A stretch of 64,000 bases of DNA from a virus. A program made the translations under genes and the position numbers. Under the pieces are notes generated by a model. That model searched no databases. It was given only the letters and a program-made list of their open reading frames with translations, and was not told the DNA's origin. The stretch lies in the IMG/VR virus record IMGVR_UViG_3300029328_000212. One strand, 5' to 3'. Shown here in pieces: positions 47,117-57,299 of the stretch. How positions within the stretch are numbered: position 1 is the stretch's first letter; every line of letters starts with the position of its first letter.

Positions 47117-49582
47117 TCAGATTTCGATGGATTCTGCTGTGTCTCTTATTTTCTTTTTTACTCTCTTGACAGTATCTTCCACAATCTGTTTTGGCTTTCC
47201 AACAACTTCAGCAGCTTTGTCATATGTACTGCTGTATCCTTCTTTTGCAGTTTCAGCAATTTTATTGTAAGCCGCTTTTGCCTTCTCAACAGTTTCCACC
47301 GGCTGGGTACGCTGCTCATAAAATGCATTTGCAACACATTCCCTTGTGCTGTTTGTAATTGCAATTCCATAGTCTGTATTGCGCGCAAGCTCATCCCTGA
47401 TTGTTTGTGTTCCCCTTAAAAGGTCAGTCTCCCCAGTTTCAAGATTCCTCTTCTTAAGTGTAAACTGGCGGCCATTCTTTGCAGCCTTAAGCTGATACAT
47501 TGTGTTGGTATCATAATCCTGAAATGTTGTCATAAGCGTTTTATTCATTGTTTTAGCTGCATTTGCCATAAGAGACAGAGGATCCTTATCCGGAACGCCT
47601 AAAGTGCCATTCATGGCCTGTTCATATGCCTCATCTGCACTTTTATCCTCAAATCTGCATGTTATCATATGTATTCTTGCATCTTCAACCGAAAATCCGC
47701 TCTTTGAATAGAACTGTCCAGCAATAGCCTGAAGGTCTTCAACCTTTGCTCCTGTGTTGTACTCATCTATAATAAAACGCTTCTGCGCAGCAGTTATTCC
47801 CATTGCAAGCTTTTCGCTGCCAAGAATTTCAGCTGCATGATCTGTAAGGGTAAAATCCATCCTGTTTGTCTGCATAAGCTCCTCATGCGTTACAGCAGTC
47901 TGGTCTTCTAACGCAACCCTGTTTGCAGAAAGAATTGCTTCTGACAAATCTTTTCCTTCGTACTTTGCAAGCATGTTCGGATTAAATCTTCCATCTGATG
48001 CTATATACGCACCAAGCATCATATTCGCCTCTTCAACAGTAAAACTCTTATGCGCAGCCATTGAGAAGTCATACAAAAGCTTTTTCTCATTTTCTGTGAA
48101 TTTATTAAATTCTGGCTGTCTGAGATACTTCAGGTCTGAAACTTCTGTCTGGGCACGGTAGTCATTTATAGCCCTGTCACTCTTTTCTATTTTTCGGCTT
48201 AAAAGATTCTTCTTTTCCACCATATTGCTGTATTTACGGGCATATGCTTTCTGGATAAGTTCAAGTCCCTTTATTTTCATATCAATTGCAAAAGTGCCAA
48301 GATGATCTCTTTCTTTTGCAGAAAGCTGCAGGTCTGTGATTTTTTCATTACATCTTGCAATAGTCTGTACTATCTCGTCCATTTTTGCTGTAAGCGATGC
48401 GCAGTGGATTTTCTGGATTTTATTCATAAGAGGCGAGACGTCCTTCATTCTTACAGCCTCTTCTTTTACATTGCCTGCCATCCACTTGAATTTAAGACCA
48501 AGTTTTTCTGATGTTTTAAGCTGGTGCATAAAATCACTATCATATTTAATCAAAGAATCACATTCTTTACGATCTGCTGGCAGTTCGCGGATATCTTTTA
48601 TGCAGGCTTCGAACTTCTTAAGAAATTCGTTGTCCTTATCAACGCCTTCTATCTCCGCAGACAGACGTTCATCCTGTCTTTCCGATATAAGCTTGTAGGC
48701 TTCAGTTTCCTTTTCTTCTTCCGGCATGCTTTTTGGCAGAGTTTCCTTTACTTTATTCACATATTCCGTAAAGGCTTCCATATCTTCTCCGGCAAGTCTC
48801 TCGTAATCTTCTTTTGTGAAGCTGAAATCCTCAGAATAAGCAAATCCCGCCTTCTGCTCTTCAATTCTCTTTTCATCAAGCTTGTCCATCATGTCTGACA
48901 TTGAATTCTCAAGCGCATCAAGCCCATTCTGTCTTTCCTGTTTGAACATGCTGGTATAAATTTCACTTGCTTCCGGCTGACTGATGCTATTTACAAGTTT
49001 TTCTTTATCGGCAATATTAAGATTATCAGAAACGATAAGCTCACTGTATCGGCCAAATTCACGCACAGGGAAGTGTCCCGGCTGTGACTGTTCTGCAAGG
49101 GCATTTGCTGCTTTTACAAGGCAGTCTCCCAGCTCTGAATTACCGCTTCTATAGACTGCAGCTATTGCGCTTACCATGTAAGCACCATTTGTCATGCTGT
49201 GTGATGTTGATGAAGCAAATTTCTGCGATTCAAAATTCTCCACAAACTCTTTTGTATGTGGAATATCCTGGTTTTCATATCGTCCTGCAAAGTTCAACGC
49301 TTCCATTGTCTTTCTGCCAAGCGGAGCTTTTACACCATTTGCCTTGTAGAATTCTTCAACATCCTTTCTTACGTCGCGCACATTTGCATCCGGCTCGTTA
49401 AATGGAAGGTCTTTTTCCATTTCTGAAATCCAGAAATCCATCGGAGGCATAGCCGCTCCACCCTCTTTTGCGATGTTGTCAAGATAGTTATACAAAGCCT
49501 TAATATCCCTGTTTTGCGGAAGTGCAAACAGTTCGTCAAGGCGGTATTTCTGATCAAGCACATCTGAAAAGTTCTCACTCAT
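47117..49582 (-). CDS. large hypothetical protein (821 aa)
   Basis: Long ORF, alpha-helical, no catalytic motif recognised; promoter motif AGTATGTTTTTTATTTTTTTT at ~49625. Confidence 0.65.
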   Translation of the reverse strand: MSENFSDVLDQKYRLDELFALPQNRDIKALYNYLDNIAKEGGAAMPPMDFWISEMEKDLPFNEPDANVRDVRKDVEEFYKANGVKAPLGRKTMEALNFAGRYENQDIPHTKEFVENFESQKFASSTSHSMTNGAYMVSAIAAVYRSGNSELGDCLVKAANALAEQSQPGHFPVREFGRYSELIVSDNLNIADKEKLVNSISQPEASEIYTSMFKQERQNGLDALENSMSDMMDKLDEKRIEEQKAGFAYSEDFSFTKEDYERLAGEDMEAFTEYVNKVKETLPKSMPEEEKETEAYKLISERQDERLSAEIEGVDKDNEFLKKFEACIKDIRELPADRKECDSLIKYDSDFMHQLKTSEKLGLKFKWMAGNVKEEAVRMKDVSPLMNKIQKIHCASLTAKMDEIVQTIARCNEKITDLQLSAKERDHLGTFAIDMKIKGLELIQKAYARKYSNMVEKKNLLSRKIEKSDRAINDYRAQTEVSDLKYLRQPEFNKFTENEKKLLYDFSMAAHKSFTVEEANMMLGAYIASDGRFNPNMLAKYEGKDLSEAILSANRVALEDQTAVTHEELMQTNRMDFTLTDHAAEILGSEKLAMGITAAQKRFIIDEYNTGAKVEDLQAIAGQFYSKSGFSVEDARIHMITCRFEDKSADEAYEQAMNGTLGVPDKDPLSLMANAAKTMNKTLMTTFQDYDTNTMYQLKAAKNGRQFTLKKRNLETGETDLLRGTQTIRDELARNTDYGIAITNSTRECVANAFYEQRTQPVETVEKAKAAYNKIAETAKEGYSSTYDKAAEVVGKPKQIVEDTVKRVKKKIRDTAESIEI

Positions 49583-49773
49583 ATCCTTTTCCTCCTGAAA
49601 AATGAAATTATCTATTGATAAACATAGTATGTTTTTTATTTTTTTTCTGAAATTTTAGCTACAATGTGATAAAATCTTATATGGAAAACTGTTTGTGCTT
49701 TTTGATTCTGACATACTATATATGGAAATATAAATAATAAGAAAACTCACATACAGAAAAATAGAGGTATATT

Positions 49774-50565
49774 ATGAGCAAAAATGACATAAACAAAGAA
49801 GCTGAGAATCAAGGCAGAAGGAATGATGATGCCTTAAAATTTATCAGGGTTATAGACCGTATACTGCTTATTAATAATGACAAAAGAGAACTTACTGAAG
49901 CCGAAAAGAAAAGAGGCATGGGTGACTGGCTTGAAACTCCGGAAGGATTAAAGAAAAACTACGGTCGCCTGCTGCTGTCACTTATGCTTTCAAATGCTGT
50001 GCTTGAAATACTATATCGCATGAAATTCTGGAAGCTTTACATATTTGGCTTTATAGCACTGTTCGGCGGTGGTGTTTTATGGGCAGTTACGGGTATTAAG
50101 TTTATTTTTATCATAGGCGCTGTAATCATAGGATACAGTCTTCTTGAGGGACTCGTCGTTGGAAACCTCACGATACAGGACACTTATACAAATTCTGTTG
50201 TTAAATACTCAAGACCTGATTACGTGATTGATATGATTAACCGCAGTAAGAAGCTTAAAGAGCACAATATGCAGCTTCGCGATGAAATTTTCGCAAATTA
50301 CGATGCTCCAAAGTCCGTTAAATACAGGCCGATAATGTATCAGAACATGTCATCAGAAGAAGCAAAGAAGGTTTACAAGAATCTTGTCAGAATGTATCAT
50401 CCGGACAATAACAAAAATCCGCATGCAGCAGAAGCTCTTGATGAAATTAAAAAGGAATATGAGGAATATGCTGAATACACAAAGTGGATGGAAGATCATG
50501 GATATGAATTGTTCGCTTCCTTTCCTGAACCTCAACATTATGAGGACATTGAAAACATGATGTGA
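49774..50565 (+). CDS. membrane-anchored J-domain protein (DjlA-like)
   Basis: Two central TM helices (LYIFGFIALFGGGVLWAVTGIKFIFIIGAVIIGYSLL) and C-terminal J-domain with HPD (KVYKNLVRMYHPDNNKNPHAAEALDEIKKEYEEY). Confidence 0.7.
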   Translation: MSKNDINKEAENQGRRNDDALKFIRVIDRILLINNDKRELTEAEKKRGMGDWLETPEGLKKNYGRLLLSLMLSNAVLEILYRMKFWKLYIFGFIALFGGGVLWAVTGIKFIFIIGAVIIGYSLLEGLVVGNLTIQDTYTNSVVKYSRPDYVIDMINRSKKLKEHNMQLRDEIFANYDAPKSVKYRPIMYQNMSSEEAKKVYKNLVRMYHPDNNKNPHAAEALDEIKKEYEEYAEYTKWMEDHGYELFASFPEPQHYEDIENMM

Positions 50566-50703
50566 ACTACTCCGACTTATAGGAGTCGGAGCTTCCTGCT
50601 TCGACCACCACTGCGTTAGTCGCGATGTTACGCGGCTCAATGTCTTACATAATGTCCACAGGCGTATAAGTTTGGGCTATTCCATCCCTACTGTATATTT
50701 TGA

Positions 50704-51858
50704 TTATGCCGCTTCACTAAGCAAGCGTTCAGTAAGCAGGCGTAATCCTTCATTCAAAATATTGATAGCTGCGTTTTGGTCACGATTCATTATAAGACCA
50801 CAATCACATATCATTTTGCGATTAGCTAAATCCTTCATTTCTGGATGCCGTGTACCACAACAATGACAAATTTGTGATGACGGAAACCACTTATCCACTT
50901 TTACGAAATACTTATTTCTATCAGATAGCTTATATTCAAGCATAGATAAAAGCATTCCATATCCGTTATCCATAGTAGCTTTACCATTACCAAATTTTTT
51001 ATTTGCTATTGCTTTCATATTAAGCGTCTCTACGCAGACAACATCATACTGATTGGCTATCTCAGTAGATATTTTATGTAAGTTGTCCAAACGTTGATTA
51101 GCAATATGTCTATGAATTTTGTTTACTTTATGAAGCTGTTTAATATAGTTATTAGACTTATCTTCATTCTTTTTAGAGCCTTGCATACGAGACAGTTTGC
51201 GTTGTTCTTTGGCAAGCTTATCATAACTTTCACGATAATACTTATGGTTCGTACCTACGTTGCCATTATTATCTACGTATAAGCCATTAGACGCATAATC
51301 TAATCCGATAGCGTTAGTTTTATCAGCTATATAGGTATTTTCTATTTCATCAAATTCAAAAAGAACAGAAGCATAATACTTACCATCTGACGCTAGTGAT
51401 ATAGTAGCAGACTTGACAGTCCAATTATCATTAGGAATACGATGAATAACGGCTTTCACTTTACCAATTTTAGGTAACTTGATATATTTATTATTTATAA
51501 TAGCCACTGTGCCGTTTTGATTATTCGTAGTATAAGACTTGCGGCTATGTTTTGCGGATTTGAATTTAGGAAATTCACTTTTCTTTTTACGTTTTTTATT
51601 GAATCTATTACGAAACGCTGCTTGTAAATCCATCTGTTTATTGGCAAGCGCAAGACTGTCTACTTCTTTAAGATAAGGATAATCTTCCTTATACTTAGCA
51701 GGCGTTACAGTAGGGAATTTCCCAGTCGCTTTATAACCCTCAATCTTATCTGCAAGCATAAGATTATAGACCTTGCGGCAACAACCAAAGGTCTTAGTAA
51801 ACATAACTCTCCGTTCAGTTGTAGGATATATGCGATATTTAATTGCTTTATTTGCCAT
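50704..51858 (-). CDS. tnpB: TnpB (IS605 OrfB) RuvC-like RNA-guided nuclease
   Basis: RuvC-I IGLDYASNG, RuvC-II/III with zinc finger CHCCGTRHPEMKDLANRKMICDCGLIMNRDQNAAINI. Confidence 0.9.
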   Translation of the reverse strand: MANKAIKYRIYPTTERRVMFTKTFGCCRKVYNLMLADKIEGYKATGKFPTVTPAKYKEDYPYLKEVDSLALANKQMDLQAAFRNRFNKKRKKKSEFPKFKSAKHSRKSYTTNNQNGTVAIINNKYIKLPKIGKVKAVIHRIPNDNWTVKSATISLASDGKYYASVLFEFDEIENTYIADKTNAIGLDYASNGLYVDNNGNVGTNHKYYRESYDKLAKEQRKLSRMQGSKKNEDKSNNYIKQLHKVNKIHRHIANQRLDNLHKISTEIANQYDVVCVETLNMKAIANKKFGNGKATMDNGYGMLLSMLEYKLSDRNKYFVKVDKWFPSSQICHCCGTRHPEMKDLANRKMICDCGLIMNRDQNAAINILNEGLRLLTERLLSEAA

Positions 51859-52255
51859 TTTTCTTTCCCTGTGATGCTATATACTGTTTAATAATATCTA
51901 CAGTAACTCCACTTGTAGTCAGTAGACAAAAACTCTGTGACCAGAACATTTCTTTCCATAAAGATTTACGTATTTGAGGAAATTCTTTCTTTATGAGTCT
52001 GCTACTTGCTGATTTATATGCATTGATGAATTTGCTGATTTCTGTATTTGGTTGTCCCCTAAACAAAATATGTACATGATCTATATCATGATTCCACTCT
52101 TCTAATACAATATTATAAGTAGGAGCAATCTTTTCAAATATCTCTTTTAAACGATTAGAAATAATATCATCTATTACCTTATTTCGATATTTTACGCACA
52201 TAATCAGATGATAATGCAACATGAACACTGAATGATTATTTGTATCTAATTTCAT
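51848..52255 (-). CDS. tnpA: IS200-type Y1 (HUH) transposase TnpA
   Basis: HYHLIMCVKYR, HUH motif HVHILF, catalytic Tyr region; 135 aa typical size. Confidence 0.9.
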   Translation of the reverse strand: MKLDTNNHSVFMLHYHLIMCVKYRNKVIDDIISNRLKEIFEKIAPTYNIVLEEWNHDIDHVHILFRGQPNTEISKFINAYKSASSRLIKKEFPQIRKSLWKEMFWSQSFCLLTTSGVTVDIIKQYIASQGKKNGK

Positions 52256-52397
52256 TACACTTATACCTTTTCTGCTAAATACGACTGATTTATAAATATA
52301 TTATAACATAATAAAATAGAAAAGTCAAAAACGCCGTGTAATCCGCAATTCATTCCACCACCTATAGAGGTGGGGGATTTCTTGCTTACGGCGTGTT

Positions 52398-52428
52398 AAA
52401 ATAAGCACCGGCAAAAACCGGTGCTTTC
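52398..52428 (-). terminator. rho-independent terminator
   Basis: GCACCGGcaaaaaCCGGTGC hairpin with T-rich tail on minus strand, directly downstream of 52429..52770. Confidence 0.55.
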
Positions 52429-52770
52429 TTAGATTCTTCTCTGCGGGCGCATCTGCCACAAATCATTTATTTTATACAATATCTCATATCCGATACTCGG
52501 CATAAATAATAAAGCCACAATTTCGAGCGCTGCAAGGAGCACAAATATTGCAATTATTGTAATCACAACAGAAGCAAATTTACTGACCTGTTTTTCTCCT
52601 GCGCCAATGACATCGGCGACGGCCTTGCCAGCCTGAAGCGCTTCCTTTGTTACCTCCGGTTCATCATCAAACCCGCTCTGGCTTTCTTCTATTCTGTCTC
52701 TGAACATGTCAGCCATTCCATTCGAATGTGTTTTCTCTACTTCTCTATTCTTCCCCGGCATCCTTTTCAC
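52429..52770 (-). CDS. small membrane protein (113 aa)
   Basis: C-terminal TM helix ASVVITIIAIFVLLAALEIVALLF; overlaps next gene start by 26 nt. Confidence 0.5.
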   Translation of the reverse strand: MKRMPGKNREVEKTHSNGMADMFRDRIEESQSGFDDEPEVTKEALQAGKAVADVIGAGEKQVSKFASVVITIIAIFVLLAALEIVALLFMPSIGYEILYKINDLWQMRPQRRI

Positions 52771-54016
52771 CTTCCTTTTTCTTTCCGAACCTAAACTTTT
52801 CTTTCAGGCTGTCGAAAAAGCCCTGTTTTTCAGGCTCATCATATTCCTCACCGTGTTCTGGCTCTGTATATTCATCCAGAACTTTTAATATATAATCTTC
52901 ATACTCTCTGTTATCCGGCATGAATGGATTTATTACAAACGGCATTGAATATACCTTATTAGGTCTTACGATTTTCTTTACCGGCTCAAGCTTTTCATCT
53001 TCAAGATACGGAATAAGGTATACCGACGTATGGTACTTGTCAACAATGAAATCATCATAAAAATCCTCAAGTTTTCCAAGATTCCAGTCAATACCGCTTG
53101 CCACGATATACTTGTTCTGAATTCTAATAAACTCTTTCATTGACTCGCGTTTTCTGCTGTAACAGCCGAAATCGACAATAACAAAGTCGTAATCATCCTT
53201 GTACATTGTGGTAAATGTAAGATAATCCATTTCAAAATATACGTCAACACTGCCGAGCGGATAATTGTTGGTTTCTATCTCCCGGCCAAGTATCCACTCC
53301 CCAAGGTTTCGCATTGTTCCAGAACCGTTAATCTCAACAATTGCAACTTTTTTACCTGTATTCTTAGCCAGAACCTGTGCCATAAACATAACGGTATGTG
53401 TTGTTCCGATTCCGCGTTCTATGCCGATAACTGCAATTTCCTTTGTGTTGATTGCCCTTATTATTCCATCAGTGTCAACACGATAATCAAACACTTCATT
53501 ATAATCCTTGGCATCCGGATCACTTGCAGAATGTGTGGCAGTCTCCTTATTAATAAACGAACTTTCACCGCTGTGTGTTCTTTTTGGCGCATCCTTTTTG
53601 CTGTCTGGTTCCTCAGCACTTCCATAACTAGCAATTTTCTGCTGCAAAATTTCAAATTCACTGTTCTTCTGTTCATCTACTGCAATCTCTTTATCAGGGT
53701 TGAACCCATCTGAGAAGTCCGTTTTGTTGATTATCCTGTCGTACTCTTCATCATTCATTGCAGACTTTACAGTTGCGATGTCAATATCATAGCTTGTTTC
53801 ATCAAGGCTTATTCTTATAATATCGTCATCTTCTATGCATATAAATGGTATTCCAGCTCTTAAAAGCTCCACAAAAGCCAGATTTCGCAGATGGACTGCA
53901 TCTTTATACTTTTGCATTTCAGCCGGATTTGTGTCTTTAGTCTTTTCTTTTTTCTTTCTTATTTCATCAGCGTCACTTAAAAAACGCATCCATTTAAAGG
54001 CTTTAACTACTGCCAT
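52745..54016 (-). CDS. ParA/CpaE-like P-loop NTPase-fold protein with degenerate Walker A
   Basis: IAVIGIERGIGTTHTVMFMAQVLAKNTGKKVAIVEIN ... YDFVIVDFG resembles the MinD/ParA/CpaE fold but lacks the canonical KGGxGK[ST]; acidic termini. Confidence 0.5.
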   Translation of the reverse strand: MAVVKAFKWMRFLSDADEIRKKKEKTKDTNPAEMQKYKDAVHLRNLAFVELLRAGIPFICIEDDDIIRISLDETSYDIDIATVKSAMNDEEYDRIINKTDFSDGFNPDKEIAVDEQKNSEFEILQQKIASYGSAEEPDSKKDAPKRTHSGESSFINKETATHSASDPDAKDYNEVFDYRVDTDGIIRAINTKEIAVIGIERGIGTTHTVMFMAQVLAKNTGKKVAIVEINGSGTMRNLGEWILGREIETNNYPLGSVDVYFEMDYLTFTTMYKDDYDFVIVDFGCYSRKRESMKEFIRIQNKYIVASGIDWNLGKLEDFYDDFIVDKYHTSVYLIPYLEDEKLEPVKKIVRPNKVYSMPFVINPFMPDNREYEDYILKVLDEYTEPEHGEEYDEPEKQGFFDSLKEKFRFGKKKEGEKDAGEE

Positions 54017-54021
54017 ATTCT

Positions 54022-55086
54022 TTATTTGTCCCCTTTCAAATAATAATAATTGATTGTATTATTAAGTCCGCACCATTCCAACGGCACGTCAGATGTATCT
54101 TTTGTTTCTTTTTCTTTCGACATGTCAGGAATTTCAATATCGTCCTTAAGCTTATTAAAAGTAAATGATACACTGCCGTTTATTTCTGTTACCATATTTC
54201 CAAGAGAATTATCATCCGTGACATAATCGTCAACATTCATCTGGTCATATACATCCGTTGTCTCGCCTGACTGTGTTCCATCATCCTTTATTTTCATTTT
54301 GTTGTACATATCATCTGCTGACGCAGTATTTTTAGCATCTATTTTAATTTCACCTGAAACGGGTATCCCAGCGTCAAAGGTGACGGATATTGTACCTGTC
54401 AGTTTTTTTACATCGTTCATTCCATACAGCACGTACAGCTGGTCTTTTATTTTACTATTTCGCAGTTTTGTGAAGTCAAGCTTTCCGGTAAGTATAGTCT
54501 TATCGCCTTTTTCCTTAATTTTTCCATCTGAAAAAGCTTTTAAAAACTTGCTCTCAGGTACCTGTTTTAAACTGATTAATACTTGCTGCGGCGAGTCAGC
54601 TTCCGCCTTCATTATATTTTTATCTGATACTTTTTTCCATGTGAATTCATCACCAATGCCATAATAGGCTTTCTTTCCGTTTGTGTAAATCTGTACGCTT
54701 GTATCTTCATATTTGTCATTTCCAAGAACAGAACTCATATCGCCGTTTAAAGTAAGCTTAATGTTCTTATTGGTGCCATCAGAATCAATCGTTCCATTTG
54801 TAGTGAGCGTTGTACTAAGAGGCAGTGAAAATTTTTCAAACGTACATGTAATATCTGTCTTGCCGTCAACTTCCATTGAATAAGTGCCATCATTTATATA
54901 TTCATAAGCTTTTTTTGCCAGATTGCCCGGGCTGTTATTGTTTCTTAAATTTTTTATGCCGACTATCATTACTGCAAGTACAATTACTATACCTCCAGCT
55001 ACAAGCCCCCTGCGTATTTTTCTTTGTTTTTTGTCATCCAAAAGCACATTTTTAATACTTTCCTTTGCGTCTGCAGCTTTAACCAT
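54022..55086 (-). CDS. membrane-anchored extracellular protein (354 aa), conjugation-module component
   Basis: N-terminal TM GLVAGGIVIVLAVMIVGI then large beta-rich ectodomain; strong GGAG RBS. Confidence 0.6.
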   Translation of the reverse strand: MVKAADAKESIKNVLLDDKKQRKIRRGLVAGGIVIVLAVMIVGIKNLRNNNSPGNLAKKAYEYINDGTYSMEVDGKTDITCTFEKFSLPLSTTLTTNGTIDSDGTNKNIKLTLNGDMSSVLGNDKYEDTSVQIYTNGKKAYYGIGDEFTWKKVSDKNIMKAEADSPQQVLISLKQVPESKFLKAFSDGKIKEKGDKTILTGKLDFTKLRNSKIKDQLYVLYGMNDVKKLTGTISVTFDAGIPVSGEIKIDAKNTASADDMYNKMKIKDDGTQSGETTDVYDQMNVDDYVTDDNSLGNMVTEINGSVSFTFNKLKDDIEIPDMSKEKETKDTSDVPLEWCGLNNTINYYYLKGDK

Positions 55087-55188
55087 TTTTTTAAATCCTT
55101 TCTACCGCTTTTGTACAGTCTCTCATCATAAGTATGATATTTTTTTGCACGCAAAAAGCCTGCCATTATAAAAATGACAGGCTTTTTT

Positions 55189-55908
55189 CTAATTTTGTGT
55201 AAAATTTAACGAGCTGTACACATCAACATTGTCAATTTTTATTTTACTCAATGTGTCGCATGAGTATGACTCTCCAACCTTAAGTGTTACCTTATTACCC
55301 GCTGCATCCTTGAAGTCAACTGACTTAACGTCTTCATATGTTGACTCATCACTGCTTTCATTTGAATCCTTAATACCTGTTGCTGCTGCAAGTTTCCATG
55401 TTTTTGCTGAATCTTTAACACTAAGAGATTTGTCCTGATAGTTATGGAATGTGGTCGATTTTCCGTAGGCTGCTCCTGTTTCAGGATCTGTATCTGTCCA
55501 CGTATAGTTCACCGTTACAAATCCATTCAGGTTCTTTGATTGTTCCATAACAATGGTTTTTGTTGATGTTAAAGTTCCCTTTTTACCATTAAGATGATTA
55601 TATGTTAATGTCGCTTTTGCGCTTAAAAGCTTTTTCTGCACATCAACATCAAGAACTTCAACAGTTGCGTCTGATTTTGAATCAATTTCCTGCAAAAATA
55701 GCTGTGTAAAAACTGACACAAGTTCATCGTTTGTCTTTGGAATGTAGTTACGGTCTGAATCAAGTGTCTCCAGTGCATTTTTCATAGATGTATTAAGCGC
55801 ATTGTCAAGCTCCGTCTGTCTTGCGTTTCGTCCGAAAACAGTAGAACCTACAAGTATGATCATCAGCAAAAACACAACCGAACAAATTCCGATTATCATA
55901 TTTCGCAT
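55189..55908 (-). CDS. membrane-anchored protein (239 aa)
   Basis: N-terminal TM MIIGICSVVFLLMIILVG, extracellular remainder. Confidence 0.6.
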   Translation of the reverse strand: MRNMIIGICSVVFLLMIILVGSTVFGRNARQTELDNALNTSMKNALETLDSDRNYIPKTNDELVSVFTQLFLQEIDSKSDATVEVLDVDVQKKLLSAKATLTYNHLNGKKGTLTSTKTIVMEQSKNLNGFVTVNYTWTDTDPETGAAYGKSTTFHNYQDKSLSVKDSAKTWKLAAATGIKDSNESSDESTYEDVKSVDFKDAAGNKVTLKVGESYSCDTLSKIKIDNVDVYSSLNFTQN

Positions 55909-55923
55909 TATTTCACCTCTTCC

Positions 55924-56562
55924 TTATTCTGAAAATGGGATAGATATTGTTTTTTCTATTACATTCTTTGTATTTGTTTCCTGAATTTTAGCCGTAAAAT
56001 TATATGTCCCCGGATTAAAGCAAGCAATTAAGTCCTTATCTTCATCATACAAAATCTTTTCGGGAATATCGTCACTTAAATTTTCCACCTTATCTGACAA
56101 AAGCACATTTTTACCATTTGAATCGGTGATAGCTGAAACGTAAACCCTGAACTTTTTCTGGTCACTGCCTGTCTGGCTGACATATCCGCTTCCAGTTCTT
56201 ATAAGCCATTTCTTTGATGATTTGTCATATTTATAATCACTTTTTTCATACCTGATTGTTATAAAATCCTCAAAGTTATACAGGTTTTTCCACACACCAC
56301 TATTATCTACCATGGCAATCTTCTGTGTGCCGTCAACATAGTTTATGTTGAAGTCATCCGGCAAAGTTGTCATGACATCTCTTACTTTTGTAGTTGTATT
56401 CTGATTTACATGATCGCTTAATGTGTTGTATCTTGAATTGCCAAGAGCTGCAAGAATACCGTTTTGGCCGTTCATTTTTCCAGCAAAGAGAATAATGATG
56501 AGAAATACTACAATTATTGCTGATAATGCAATTTCAAGTATATGCTCCATTATTTTATTCAA
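55924..56562 (-). CDS. membrane-anchored protein (212 aa)
   Basis: N-terminal TM LSAIIVVFLIIILFAG; pseudopilin-like topology but no class-III signal motif. Confidence 0.55.
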   Translation of the reverse strand: MNKIMEHILEIALSAIIVVFLIIILFAGKMNGQNGILAALGNSRYNTLSDHVNQNTTTKVRDVMTTLPDDFNINYVDGTQKIAMVDNSGVWKNLYNFEDFITIRYEKSDYKYDKSSKKWLIRTGSGYVSQTGSDQKKFRVYVSAITDSNGKNVLLSDKVENLSDDIPEKILYDEDKDLIACFNPGTYNFTAKIQETNTKNVIEKTISIPFSE

Positions 56563-56862
56563 ATGTTATCACTCCTTCCTAACCAAACATCCATGATGCT
56601 ATCTTATCAAGCCATCCATTCATATATCCGCCTATTACAAGCGCCGCCATGATAGAGATGAATAAAAGCATTGGAAATATTTCAACAAGCATGTCCATAA
56701 TCTCTTCAAATATATTCTTCAAGCCTTTTTCTCCCCTTTCTAATAAGATGTCAGTTTGCCATATGTAATACCAAGTACTATAATTATGCAGAGAAACACT
56801 ATCAGGTAAACTATCATTTCACCTATACCTTCAAATAATTTTTTCATCTTCTGTTCCTCCTT

Positions 56863-57195
56863 TTAGTAAACTGTCATTGTTTTTTCATGGGTTCCCGATA
56901 ATGCGGCAACACTTACTTTGTATTGATACTGAAGTTTTAACACAACATAATGACGTACACCGTGGTTATCATCCATGACGTCGTATGAAAGTGTATATCC
57001 GTCTTTCTTCGCCTGATCCACTTCAGCATCCAGCACGTCTGTTCTTAGATTTGCCGAGCTTACTTCATCCGCAACTCTTTGAATGTAGCTTTCCGCTGCA
57101 ACAGCCTCATTATTTGCCCACAGTATACCAAGCCCTGAGAACAAAATCATTACCATAATCAAAATTCCTAATATTGTCTTAAAAACACTTTGCAT
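56863..57195 (-). CDS. small membrane-anchored protein (110 aa)
   Basis: N-terminal TM ILGILIMVMILFSGLGILW. Confidence 0.5.
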   Translation of the reverse strand: MQSVFKTILGILIMVMILFSGLGILWANNEAVAAESYIQRVADEVSSANLRTDVLDAEVDQAKKDGYTLSYDVMDDNHGVRHYVVLKLQYQYKVSVAALSGTHEKTMTVY

Positions 57196-57299
57196 CCTCT
57201 TATCTTCCTTTCTTCATTTTTCTGTCTTTACATTAAGTATGATTTATTTTTTCTCTAAAAAAAACAGAGTGCTGTTTTGCACTCTGTTCTGTGTATAAT

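Larger units (their letters stand above)
50570..52394 (-). mobile_element. IS200/IS605-family insertion sequence (tnpA + tnpB)
   Basis: Y1 HUH transposase and TnpB encoded head-to-tail with overlapping ends; subterminal hairpins CCACCtatagaGGTGG (left end, ~52330-52350) and CTCCGACttataggaGTCGGAG (right end, ~50573-50594); left end abuts TTTAA-like target (gttaaa at 52395-52400). Confidence 0.85.
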
